A DNA stretch of 58,136 bases, counting the filler, from a bacterium (GTDB lineage Bacteria; CLD3; SB21), in assembly GCA_013360215.1 (NCBI GenBank). It is 4 parts of 4 records of this genome, joined end to end, with 100 filler letters (N's around TTAATTAATTAA, not from the genome) between each part and the next. Parts side by side here need not be neighbours in the genome. Positions count along the whole stretch, not along the records: positions 1 to 15,894 come from JABWCP010000043.1; positions 15,995 to 30,647 come from JABWCP010000044.1; 2 more parts are not named here. One strand, written 5' to 3'. A program made the translations under genes and the position numbers. Below, in pieces: positions 10,174 through 19,267 of this stretch. Below the pieces are notes generated by a model. It saw only the letters and a program-made list of their open reading frames with translations, was not told the DNA's origin and made no database searches. Position 1 is the stretch's first letter. Every line of letters begins with the position of its first letter.

Positions 10174-10252
10174 TCGTTGCCTTCGAGTACCTCAGGCAAC
10201 GAGAGCCTCAGGCATCGGGCATTATCGGTGGTTGAGGTTCTCGAAACCACCG
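10174..10252. repeat. Inverted pair of bulged-hairpin elements plus a partial copy, downstream of the GIY-YIG gene
   Basis: TCGTTGCCT-TC-GAG-TAC-CTC-AGGCAACGA (10174-10202, +) and CGGTGGTT-TC-GAG-AAC-CTC-AACCACCG (10226-10252, -). Confidence 0.8.
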
Positions 10253-10270
10253 TATGTAAGTTCTGTTTAT

Positions 10271-10561
10271 TCATTTAATATCTCTATAGGCTTTTGACAA
10301 GTCGGGTAACTTCTCTGTTTGTGAATTAATCAATGCTTCTTTTTTTCTCCTGCTCCAGCCTTGTACTTGTTTCTCTCTGTAAAAGGCCTCGTCAATTCGT
10401 TGAAACTCTTCAAAATAAACCAACTTAACGGGTAGTCGTTTTTTGGTATGGTTTGCCCCTTCTCCTTCTTGGTGTTGTGCCAACCTTAACTCCAGATTAT
10501 TGGTACTTCCGGTGTAATAACTACCATCAGCACATTCCAAAATATACATCCATCCGTTCAT
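10271..10561 (-). CDS. Stand-alone GIY-YIG nuclease (UPF0213/YhbQ-like)
   Basis: WMYILECADGSYYTGSTNNLELRLAQH..GANHT..RLPVKLVY..AFYREKQVQGWSRRKK. Confidence 0.9.
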   Translation of the reverse strand: MNGWMYILECADGSYYTGSTNNLELRLAQHQEGEGANHTKKRLPVKLVYFEEFQRIDEAFYREKQVQGWSRRKKEALINSQTEKLPDLSKAYRDIK

Positions 10562-12036
10562 ATCAAATCTGCAATTCCTTTCAGTATTTCAGCACTTTCT
10601 TCGTCCAATGCTTTCATTTCTTCCAAAATCTCGTGTGGTGAGCGCAGTCGAACCACTTCCTTTTTATTCGGGTTTTTTACGCTCAAATCAAAAGTGTTTT
10701 GGTCAATGTCTTTCACATTTACCGTCCAAGAGTTTTCACTATCGGCAAAGTTTTTTTGTAGTTCCACAAACTCCGCCAAATCGTTTTCATTCAATGGATT
10801 TGTCTTTCCTAAATTGCGGTCGAGGCTCAACTGGTAAAACCAAACCTTTTGTGTGGCTTTGCCTTTTTCAAAAAACAACACTACGGTTTTTACGCCTGCA
10901 CCAGTAAAGGTGCCACCGGGCAAATCCAACACGGTATGCAGATTGCAATTTTCTAACAAGGTTTTGCGTATGGCAACGGTGGCATTATCGGTATTGCTCA
11001 AAAACGTGTTTTTAATAACCACACCTGCCTTGCCACCTGCTTTCAAAATTTTAATAAAGTGCTGCAAAAACAGCGAAGCGGTTTCGCCTGTTTTGATGGG
11101 GAAGTTTTGTTGCACTTCGGCACGTTCCTTTCCACCAAATGGCGGATTGGCAAGCACCACATCATAGCGGTCTTTTTCCTGTATGTCGGCAAGGTTTTCA
11201 GCAAGCGTGTTGGTGTGTATGATGTTGGGCGCTTCCACACCGTGCAAAATCATATTCATTATGCCAATGATATACGCCAATGATTTTTTCTCTTTGCCGT
11301 AAAAGGTGCGTTTTTGCAGTATCTCGGTTTCTTTGGTAGAAAGTCCCTGCCCTGAGCCTGTCGAAGGGGATTTGCTGTTTCGCAAGTAATCGAACGCTTC
11401 GCAAAGGAATCCTGCACTACCAACAGCACCGTCATAAATTTTGTTGCCAATTTTAGGGTCAACCACTTTTACAATGGTGGTAATGAGCGGTCGGGGGGTA
11501 TAGTATTCGCCACCGTTTCGCCCCGCATTGCCCATATTTTTGATTTTGTCTTCATACAAATGGCTCATTTCGTGCTTCTCTGCGTGGGTGCGGAAACGCA
11601 ACTCGTCAATGCGGTTAATCACTTCACGCAAATTGTAGCCGCTTTGTATGCGGTTTTTCAGTTCACTGAAAATCTCACCAATCTTGTATTCAATGGTGTC
11701 GGCACTTTCGGCACTCGTCTTAAACTTTTTCAGGTAAGGAAAGAGTTTGTTGTTTACAAAGTCGGTAAGATCGTCACCTGTCAGGGCTTTGTGGTAGTCC
11801 AGTTTTCCGTCTTTGCCTTTTGGCATTGCCCAAGCTGTCCATTGGTATTTTTTATCAATGATAGGCGTGTAGGTCTTGCCTGTAAGTTCAGCAGCTGTGG
11901 CTCGGTCTTTCTCCAAGTCGTCCAAATATTTAAGGAACAAAATCCAAGAGGTTTGCTCCACATAATCCAATTCACTGCCGCAACCTGCGTCTTTGTGAAG
12001 AATATCGTCTATATTTTTAAAGGTTTGTTCGAACAT
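10558..12036 (-). CDS. hsdM: Type I R-M N6-adenine methyltransferase subunit
   Basis: GEYYTPR, DGAVGSAGFL (motif I), NPPF (motif IV). Confidence 0.93.
   Translation of the reverse strand: MFEQTFKNIDDILHKDAGCGSELDYVEQTSWILFLKYLDDLEKDRATAAELTGKTYTPIIDKKYQWTAWAMPKGKDGKLDYHKALTGDDLTDFVNNKLFPYLKKFKTSAESADTIEYKIGEIFSELKNRIQSGYNLREVINRIDELRFRTHAEKHEMSHLYEDKIKNMGNAGRNGGEYYTPRPLITTIVKVVDPKIGNKIYDGAVGSAGFLCEAFDYLRNSKSPSTGSGQGLSTKETEILQKRTFYGKEKKSLAYIIGIMNMILHGVEAPNIIHTNTLAENLADIQEKDRYDVVLANPPFGGKERAEVQQNFPIKTGETASLFLQHFIKILKAGGKAGVVIKNTFLSNTDNATVAIRKTLLENCNLHTVLDLPGGTFTGAGVKTVVLFFEKGKATQKVWFYQLSLDRNLGKTNPLNENDLAEFVELQKNFADSENSWTVNVKDIDQNTFDLSVKNPNKKEVVRLRSPHEILEEMKALDEESAEILKGIADLI
10635..10656 (-). 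repeat. Bulged-hairpin element in the hsdM 3' end, upstream of the GIY-YIG gene
   Basis: Minus strand GTGGT-TC-GA-CTGCGC-TC-ACCAC. Confidence 0.75.
11350..11368 (-). repeat. Bulged-hairpin element, in-frame inside hsdM (encodes PSTGSG)
   Basis: Minus strand CCCT-TC-GA-CAGGC-TC-AGGG. Confidence 0.8.
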
Positions 12037-12174
12037 TATTTATCTCTGTTTTTATCAATTTGTAAAGTTATCATTCTTGTCTGTGCGTAGGCAAAAAAAT
12101 GGCTCTTTTGGTTTTTGCGAAGGGTCGGCTTGTGTGTCAGGCAAAACCAAATGTACCACTTTTGGGGAGGTACT

Positions 12175-12937
12175 GTTATAGGGCGTTTTTCTTGTCATTT
12201 GTAATAATAATACCAATTGCTTTCGTAGTTTTTGTCAAAATTTTCTTTACTGTCCAAATAAACCTGAATGTCAGTTCTTTTGAAATAATTGAACTCGTCA
12301 AATGGTTTTACTAAGTCAAAGTATTTGTCTGCCCAATTCTTTTTAATTTCAGGCTTGTCATATTCTTTAACTTTCTCGTCTGTAAACAAAAAAAAAGTTG
12401 GAATAGTAAAACCGATAGATATTGTCCAAATATCTTTGTTATCAAACGACTTAATAAATTCTTCTGTCTTGTTTTGATTTATTTTATATGTCGCTTCTAG
12501 TTTTGCAATTGGCTCAAATGCACCATAAGCCACAAAAACATCGTCCGTTAAATAAATTCCGTTCTTTGTTATTTCCGAATATATTTGAAAAGGAACCGTT
12601 ATTTTTTGAAAGTCCTTGTAGCTTAATTATCTCAGTAAATTTTTCTCCAATTGCTTTTTGTTTCGATTTGTCAAAATATGAAATGTCGTGAGTCAAGAAT
12701 TTGTTTTTCTCTTTTTCATATTCAAAGCAAATTTGAATTCTTGGTGTTTTATTGTCCACTGTGTCGTAAATAATATTAATCGTTTTTACGTCAAACGTTT
12801 TGTCAATCCACTCCGCAAGAGGAGCAAACTCGGGCTTCATCCTTTCTGTCCCAAGGATTATTCGCTTTGTTTGAGTGTACTCTTTGTCAGAAGGTAATAT
12901 CATTTTGTTGTTGTCGTCTTTTGAAATGCCCTATAAC
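12175..12937 (-). mobile_element. Gene-cassette-like unit bounded by a perfect GTTATAGGGC/GCCCTATAAC inverted pair; its attC-like site is truncated
   Basis: Minus strand begins GTTATAGGGC (12937-12928) before the ORF and has GCCCTATAAC (12184-12175) just after the stop. Confidence 0.6.
12195..12903 (-). pseudogene. Frameshifted hypothetical cassette gene (ORFs 12514-12903 and 12195-12533)
   Basis: Two overlapping same-strand ORFs fill one cassette; the frame change is near 12555. Confidence 0.6.
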
Positions 12938-13169
12938 TAGTTTATAGCCCTGATTTTTTCATCCTTATCCAGTAAATATTAGATAGATAAAGATGGTTTT
13001 AGGGATTTCTATTATGTTATGTTAGAATGTGCGAGAAAAATTAATAAAGAAAAGATGCGCTTAATCTCTCAGGTACGAACGGCATTTATTTCCCTGTGCC
13101 GTCTTCCGCTGATACCGTACGAAAAAATATATAGCCAATTTATGGAATTGGCTATATTTATTTTTATTT

Positions 13170-13291
13170 GTGCTTATCGGGAAAACTCCTATACGTCATG
13201 GTGCGTGGGGGACCCGGTTTAGTACCCTCCGTCTTCGACTTTGCTCAAGACGGAAGGGTTCTCTTTCATCGGTGAGCCAACCCGATAAACA
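13170..13291. ncRNA. Candidate structured RNA or DNA element (three-way junction) that contains a bulged-hairpin copy
   Basis: Closing stem TGCTTATCGGG/CCCGATAAACA; inner stems CTCCTATACG/CGTGGGGG and CCGGT/ATCGG; hairpin at 13224-13259. Confidence 0.35.
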
Positions 13292-13329
13292 CGTTTCCAT
13301 TTGATAAAAAAATTTAAAACACCGCTGAT

Positions 13330-15411
13330 CTACCAGATGCTGACCCGTTCGTTTTCGGGTCTGTACATCGCGTCGCCGGGCTTGATACCAAAAACTTCGT
13401 AAAACTTGACATTATTGGAAAGGGGACCGATGACGCGGTGCTGTGCCGGTGCGTGTACGTCGGACATGATGCGGCTGGCGAGCATTTCCGGGCGCATCTG
13501 GATCATCCATGCGTACGCGTACGCGAGGAAATACCTTTCGTCGGGCGTCAGACCGGCTACTTTTTGATTGTTTTTGTATTGGGCAGAGCGTTTGAAAGCA
13601 TCGTAGCCCAGTTCTACGCCGCCGAGATCGGCGATGTTTTCGCCCAGCGTCGCTTCGCCGCGCAGGTGCATGCTGTCGAGCACCACGTAGTTATTAAACT
13701 GCGTCACCAGCATTTTGGTTTTGGCTTCAAAACGGGCGCGGTCTTCTTTGGTCCACCAGTTATTCAGTTTGCCCGTTTCGTCGTATTGGCTGCCCTGATC
13801 ATCGAAGCCGTGTATGATCTCATGACCAAACGTGCTGCCGCCGATAATACCGTATAAGATCGCATCGTCGGGCATCGTTTTACCAAAACCCGGGACGATG
13901 ATATTGGCGGCGGGTACCACGATTTCGTTATTGGTCGGATCGTAATACGCATTATACGTTTGCGGGGTGATATTCCACTCCGTGCGATCTACGGGTTTAC
14001 CGTATTTGCCGATCATGAAGTCAAATTCATACACATTGGCGCGCATCACATTGGCAACATAGGTGTCCCGTTCGACGGACAGACGGCTGTAGTCGCGCCA
14101 TTGGTCGGGGTGTCCGACTTTCATCGCCATCGTTTGCAGTTTGAGCAAAGCGCGCTCACGTGTCGCGTCACTCATCCAGCTTACTTTTTCGATACGTTCG
14201 CGGCATACGTCGCGGATATTATTTCCGATTTCGAGTAATTTTTCTTTGGTACCCTTGGGTAGATATTCCTCTACATAGACCTGGCCGATGACTTCACCCA
14301 AAGCGCGATTGGTGCGTTCGACGACGCGTTTCCAGCGCGGTTTCATTTGTTTGACGCCGTACAGGGTCTTGGAATAAAAATTAAAATTTTCGTCCACCAG
14401 CGCTTGATTGAGGTAAGCGGCATACGTGCCGATCACACTCCACCGCAGATAGGCTTTCCATGCGTCCAGAGAAGTATTTTTGACGGCGTTTTCCACTTCT
14501 TTAAAAAATTCCGGTTGTCCTACGATCACGGAATCTACGTTTTTCAGGCCGGTGTTTTGGAAAAAGACATTCCAGTCAAACGACGGGGTGAGTTTGGAAA
14601 GTTCGGCGACACTCATTTTGTTATAGTTGGCATACGGATCGCGCAGGCCTTCGAGCGTACGGCTGGCTTTGGCTAAGTTTTTTTCCAAAGCGAAAATATG
14701 ATCGGCGAAAGCGCGCGCTTGGTCGGGCGTTTCTCCGATGATTTCAAAATTGCGAAACAAATGTTTTTGATACGCTGCACGAATGCCGGTGGTGCGTTCG
14801 TCGTTTTTGAAATAATAGTCACGATCCGGCAAACCCAGTCCGCCTTGATTGAGCGCGACGGCGTATTCGGTCGGTTTTTTATCGTCTTTGTAGATATTAA
14901 ATGAAAAAATCGGATCGCCGTTGATCTGATGCAGGCGTGCGGCTACCGCAGCCAAGTCGCTCATGGACTTCATGGCGTCAATGCGATCCAGTTCCGATTT
15001 TAAGGGCGTGATACCGGCTTTTTCCGATGCGGCGCTATCCATACCGCTGGCGTAAAAATCACCGATTTTCTGTTTATTGCTGCCTTTGGGCGCTTTGGCT
15101 TCTTGCGCGGATTTTTCGCAGATCTCCCGTACGGCGGTGCGTGTCTCTTCGCCGATCGTCAGCCACAATCCGTTGGAGGATTCCGACTCAGGAATAGGAT
15201 TGCGTTTGAACCAGCCGCCATTGGCATGCAGGAAAAAATCTTGGCCGGGGGTGACCGAGCTGTCGCGGTTATTTACCAGCGGATCGGGGAGTGTTTCGAC
15301 GTTTTGGGGTGCACAACCCAGATACATAACCGTGCAGACTATCGCAATAAAAAAACATGAACGTAACATGGTAAAGGGTGCCTTTCTGTATTCAGTATGC
15401 TTACAACGCAT
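13330..15411 (-). CDS. pepO: M13-family (neprilysin/PepO) metalloendopeptidase lipoprotein (likely start 15369)
   Basis: YNAYY, GHEIIHGFDDQG, GENIADLGG, DVHAP; lipobox YLGC. Confidence 0.92.
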   Translation of the reverse strand: MRCKHTEYRKAPFTMLRSCFFIAIVCTVMYLGCAPQNVETLPDPLVNNRDSSVTPGQDFFLHANGGWFKRNPIPESESSNGLWLTIGEETRTAVREICEKSAQEAKAPKGSNKQKIGDFYASGMDSAASEKAGITPLKSELDRIDAMKSMSDLAAVAARLHQINGDPIFSFNIYKDDKKPTEYAVALNQGGLGLPDRDYYFKNDERTTGIRAAYQKHLFRNFEIIGETPDQARAFADHIFALEKNLAKASRTLEGLRDPYANYNKMSVAELSKLTPSFDWNVFFQNTGLKNVDSVIVGQPEFFKEVENAVKNTSLDAWKAYLRWSVIGTYAAYLNQALVDENFNFYSKTLYGVKQMKPRWKRVVERTNRALGEVIGQVYVEEYLPKGTKEKLLEIGNNIRDVCRERIEKVSWMSDATRERALLKLQTMAMKVGHPDQWRDYSRLSVERDTYVANVMRANVYEFDFMIGKYGKPVDRTEWNITPQTYNAYYDPTNNEIVVPAANIIVPGFGKTMPDDAILYGIIGGSTFGHEIIHGFDDQGSQYDETGKLNNWWTKEDRARFEAKTKMLVTQFNNYVVLDSMHLRGEATLGENIADLGGVELGYDAFKRSAQYKNNQKVAGLTPDERYFLAYAYAWMIQMRPEMLASRIMSDVHAPAQHRVIGPLSNNVKFYEVFGIKPGDAMYRPENERVSIW

Positions 15412-15768
15412 AAAAATTAACAGGTTTTAGTAATAAATCAATCCGTATTACGAGGATTAGCGGTCTATCATAAAAATCGAAAAAAGATACGCAAAGCCGA
15501 AGTAAAGGTTACAGGATGTATCGGCTCAGAGCATAGAGGATTAGCCGGAGCGGCTTGTGAATATTTAGTACCCCAAAATGCTAAACGTGCGGTGATAAAC
15601 GGTAAAATCAAAAAAAACGAGGATGGGGCAAATATTGTCAAAAATTGACAGAAAAGAGCCGTCAGCTGACTATAAATTGATCATGTTACGATGATGGAAA
15701 TGATACAAAAAATGAAACGAAAAAGAATTTACTAATAACACATAAAAACAAAACAAGGAGAACAAGTC

Positions 15769-15894
15769 ATGAACAAAGGAAGTCTGAATCGCGCCGTATT
15801 GATCGGTCGTCTGGGCCGTGATCCGCAGGTACGCTATACGCCTACGGGAACGCCGATCACGTCGTTTAGCGTAGCGACGACGCAGGTATTTAAA
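15769..15894 (+). CDS. ssb: Single-stranded DNA-binding protein, N-terminal part (3' end cut by contig edge; absent from ORF track)
   Basis: AAGGAG RBS, then MNKGSLNRAVLIGRLGRDPQVRYTPTGTPITSFSVATTQVFK. Confidence 0.9.
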
Positions 15895-15994
15895 NNNNNN
15901 NNNNNNNNNNNNNNNNNNNNNNNNNNNNNNNNNNNNNNTTAATTAATTAANNNNNNNNNNNNNNNNNNNNNNNNNNNNNNNNNNNNNNNNNNNN
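15895..15994. other. Artificial contig linker
   Basis: N44-TTAATTAATTAA-N44 (six-frame stop). Confidence 0.98.
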
Positions 15995-16003
15995 AACATA
16001 AAC

Positions 16004-16034
16004 AAAAAAGGCGGCTCATCGGCCGCCTTTTTTT
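16004..16034. terminator. Bidirectional intrinsic terminator
   Basis: AAAAAAGGCGGC-tcatcg-GCCGCCTTTTTTT. Confidence 0.85.
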
Positions 16035-16051
16035 ATCATCATTTTCAAATA

Positions 16052-16756
16052 TTACTTCGCTGCAGGCTCTGCGGGTTTTTCGGTAGCTTCCTGACGACCG
16101 GCTTCACGGGCATCGTCCATTTGTTTTTTACGGATAATGCGGCTGAACTGATTGGGCGAAATGCGCACGTTGCCTTGATTGACAAACGTACCGAACACAT
16201 CATCATTATAATACACCCATACATTAAAGCCCGGCAAAAGATCATCGGCCAAGAAGGATTGTTCCAACAATTCATTTGCACGTTTAGGATCTACGCCTTT
16301 TTCTTTCGTCAAAAAATCATAGCCGATTTTGTGATGCGTATCACCGGCTTTGACGACGACAGGACGCGGCAGTTTGGCTTTCATATCTTCCAAATCCGCA
16401 TTGAGCTTTTCGATGGTTTTATTTTTATCAATAATCTGGGTGAGCATACCTTTGGTCGAAATATCCTGTTCTTTGGAAATCATGTCCTGAATCAGTTTGA
16501 GCTGCTCTTTATTCAATCCCATCATAGAATCCGGTAAAACGATAGGCTGTTCGTCAGCTTTGCGGGACTCGTTGTATTTACGAACGGCTTCCGCAATTTC
16601 CATATTGATGGAACCGATCTCTTCGTTTTTCTTGCTGACTTTTTGCACTAAGCGCTGAAATTCTTCGATGTTGCTGGGTTTGCCGCAACTGATCAGGCTA
16701 AGCACAAACGCGCTCAGGATGAGATTCTTTAACATGGTTTTTTCTCCTCGATACAT
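16052..16756 (-). CDS. Hypothetical lipoprotein with coiled coil and possible LysM-like segment
   Basis: Lipobox LISC; heptad-rich region; VVVKAGDTHHKIG. Confidence 0.6.
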   Translation of the reverse strand: MYRGEKTMLKNLILSAFVLSLISCGKPSNIEEFQRLVQKVSKKNEEIGSINMEIAEAVRKYNESRKADEQPIVLPDSMMGLNKEQLKLIQDMISKEQDISTKGMLTQIIDKNKTIEKLNADLEDMKAKLPRPVVVKAGDTHHKIGYDFLTKEKGVDPKRANELLEQSFLADDLLPGFNVWVYYNDDVFGTFVNQGNVRISPNQFSRIIRKKQMDDAREAGRQEATEKPAEPAAK

Positions 16757-16885
16757 GATATTTGGGTTTAGGGTTCACTAACGCGCGATTGTAGGTTTTA
16801 GCCCCGCCAAAGTCAAGGAAATTTAATCACGGAATAAATCACCTGACTCTACGTTAGTAGGCGTGTACCATATAAGGAGAGGAAC

Positions 16886-17947
16886 ATGCCGAAAACAGCC
16901 ATCAATACTGATTTTGTACAGCGTGCGCTGAAGCAAATAACGGAAAATGACCATGGAATACGTCATTTAGATAAACTACAAGAATGGATCACTCAATGCA
17001 GCGATACCGAGGCGACTTCGATCAATTTATACCGATTATCCGAATCGTGGGGCGTGGATATACGCGAACTGACCGCTCTTTTTTTATGGGCTACCAAGTT
17101 CGGGTTATTTGATCTGCACTGGAATATTCGCTGCCCGATGTGCAACGGCAAAACGGAAAACCATGATTCGCTCGGGCATATGCATTCGGGCAGCCATTGC
17201 GTGATGTGCAAAAGCGATTTTGTATGTGAGCTTGATAACACCATCGAAGTGACATTTAGCATCAGCGGCAACGTACGCCCGCTACCGGAAAATACGGGTG
17301 AAGGAAAAAGCGCACCGGCGGATCAGAGGTTGAACGGATTTCAGATCATCAATTCACCGATTTTTCGTAAGTACTTTTCCGATGAACTTCTTTCCGAGCA
17401 GGAAAATTTGTCCGTTCGCCATGTTGCAATCATGTTTACCGATCTCAAAGGTTCGACGCAAATGTATCAGCAACTCGGCGATGCGCGGGCTTTTAAAATC
17501 GTTCGACAACATTTTGACGTACTCGAACAAGCCATCCATGCCCACGGCGGTGTGATCGTCAAAACTATCGGCGACGCCGTCATGGCCAGTTTTGCTAAAA
17601 CATCCGAGGCCGTCGGTGCCGCGATCGATGCCCAAAAAAAATTCCGCACGTTTAACGAAAGTATGCAGTTGCAAGACGGCGTGACGATACGCATCGGTAT
17701 TCACGTGGGTAATTCTTTGATGGTGACGCTCAATAACCGGCTTGATTATTTCGGTACGATGGTCAATATCGCTGCCCGTGTCGAAGCGCTCGGGGATGGC
17801 AATGAAATTCTGATCACGCGCAATGTATTTGATGATCTCGGCGTAAAAAACGAATTGCTGTCACGCGCGCAGAGTATCCAACCGTTTACTGCGCGGCTCA
17901 AAGGAATTCGCGACGAACAAAAAGTCATGAAAGTAGTGTATAACTAA
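16886..17947 (+). CDS. Class III adenylate/guanylate cyclase with N-terminal DUF5939-like Cys-rich domain
   Basis: MFTDLKGST, VKTIGDAVMA, DYFGTMVNIAARVE; CPMC..CVMC. Confidence 0.88.
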   Translation: MPKTAINTDFVQRALKQITENDHGIRHLDKLQEWITQCSDTEATSINLYRLSESWGVDIRELTALFLWATKFGLFDLHWNIRCPMCNGKTENHDSLGHMHSGSHCVMCKSDFVCELDNTIEVTFSISGNVRPLPENTGEGKSAPADQRLNGFQIINSPIFRKYFSDELLSEQENLSVRHVAIMFTDLKGSTQMYQQLGDARAFKIVRQHFDVLEQAIHAHGGVIVKTIGDAVMASFAKTSEAVGAAIDAQKKFRTFNESMQLQDGVTIRIGIHVGNSLMVTLNNRLDYFGTMVNIAARVEALGDGNEILITRNVFDDLGVKNELLSRAQSIQPFTARLKGIRDEQKVMKVVYN

Positions 17948-18078
17948 TTTTTACCGTTCGTTATGCGCTCATAATAATTTGCATATTTTTATTGAGAGAA
18001 TGTTATATTAAAGCGTGATGCATGCGATCACGCTTTTTGTGTTCTCTATATACCCATTACAATAAAAGTACATCCTTT

Positions 18079-19254
18079 ATGAGCAAACCATCCGTCAAAC
18101 CTCAAAACACATTTTTTTCATCCGGTCCTTGCGCCAAACGTCCGGGTTGGAGCGCCGATCAGCTCCCGTCACGTACCGTAGGACGTTCTCATCGCGCTAA
18201 AGTTTCGAAGGCCGTAATCGAAGAAGTCATTGCAAAATCCAAACAAATTCTCGGTGTTCCCGATGATTACCGGCTCGGGATCGTACCCGGCTCGGATACC
18301 GGTGCCATCGAAATGGCGTTATGGAATTTTTTCGGCCACCCTTCCGTAGAATCGCGGGGCATTGATATGCTGGCTTGGGAAAATTTTGGGTATGAATGGG
18401 TCTATGATGTCGAAAAACAATTGAAAATAGTCAACGTACGTCCGATGGTAGTTCCATACGGGCAAATCCCGGATCTCACGCAGGTTGACTTTCACCACGA
18501 TGTAGTTTTTACGTGGAACGGCACAACCTCCGGTGTTTGTGTTCCTGATGCAACGTGGATACCTGACGATCGTGAGGGTCTGACGATATGCGATGCAACT
18601 TCGGCCGTATTTGCCATGCCTATAGACTGGAAAAAAATAGATGTGCTCACGTATTCGTGGCAAAAATCCATGGGCGGTGAAGGTGCCCACGGTGTTTTGA
18701 TCCTATCGCCGAGGGCCATTCAGCGGCTGGAGTCTTTTCCTCCGATCATCGCTATGCCCAAAGTTTTTACGATTTTAAAAAAAGGAAAACTCAACGAAGA
18801 GATCTTCACCGGTGCCACGATCAATACCCCATCCATGTTGTGCATCGAAGATGCCTTGGACTCATTAAATTGGATGATCCGTGAAGGCGGATTAACAGCT
18901 ATGATCGCGCGTTCGCAGCAAAGCTTATCGGAAATAAAAACATGGATTGCCTCATCGCCGCGGTATGCTTTTCTCGCAGAAAATCCGAAAACGATTTCCA
19001 ATACATCCGTCTGTCTAAAATTGAAGTCCGACATGTATCTGTCGCTGTCTCCGGATGCACAAGTCAAATTTGCCAAAGATGTTGCCGCATTGCTCGAAAA
19101 AGAAGGTGCGGCTTACGACATCGGTTCCTATCGTGATGCACCTCCCGGTCTGCGCATCTGGTGCGGTGCGACGATCAATCCGGCGGATGTAAAATTATTA
19201 CTTCCCTGGCTTGATTGGGCTCATGACGAAATTGCACGTACTTTGAAATTCTAA
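18079..19254 (+). CDS. serC: Phosphoserine aminotransferase (Methanosarcina/alphaproteobacterial type)
   Basis: FSSGPCAKRPGW, GRSHR, WNGTTSG, SWQKSMGGEGAHG; upstream of serA. Confidence 0.92.
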   Translation: MSKPSVKPQNTFFSSGPCAKRPGWSADQLPSRTVGRSHRAKVSKAVIEEVIAKSKQILGVPDDYRLGIVPGSDTGAIEMALWNFFGHPSVESRGIDMLAWENFGYEWVYDVEKQLKIVNVRPMVVPYGQIPDLTQVDFHHDVVFTWNGTTSGVCVPDATWIPDDREGLTICDATSAVFAMPIDWKKIDVLTYSWQKSMGGEGAHGVLILSPRAIQRLESFPPIIAMPKVFTILKKGKLNEEIFTGATINTPSMLCIEDALDSLNWMIREGGLTAMIARSQQSLSEIKTWIASSPRYAFLAENPKTISNTSVCLKLKSDMYLSLSPDAQVKFAKDVAALLEKEGAAYDIGSYRDAPPGLRIWCGATINPADVKLLLPWLDWAHDEIARTLKF

Positions 19255-19267
19255 ACCGAAAAATATT

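Noticed and set aside
13170-13291. SAM-I, c-di-AMP or yybP riboswitch
   Set aside because: Only fragments match (CTTATC/GATAA, GGGGGACCC, CGTCAT); the diagnostic cores are missing.
16886-17947. Cyclase as a Pycsar/CBASS-type defence gene
   Set aside because: It has canonical adenylate-type Lys/Asp specificity residues and no adjacent effector, in a housekeeping context.
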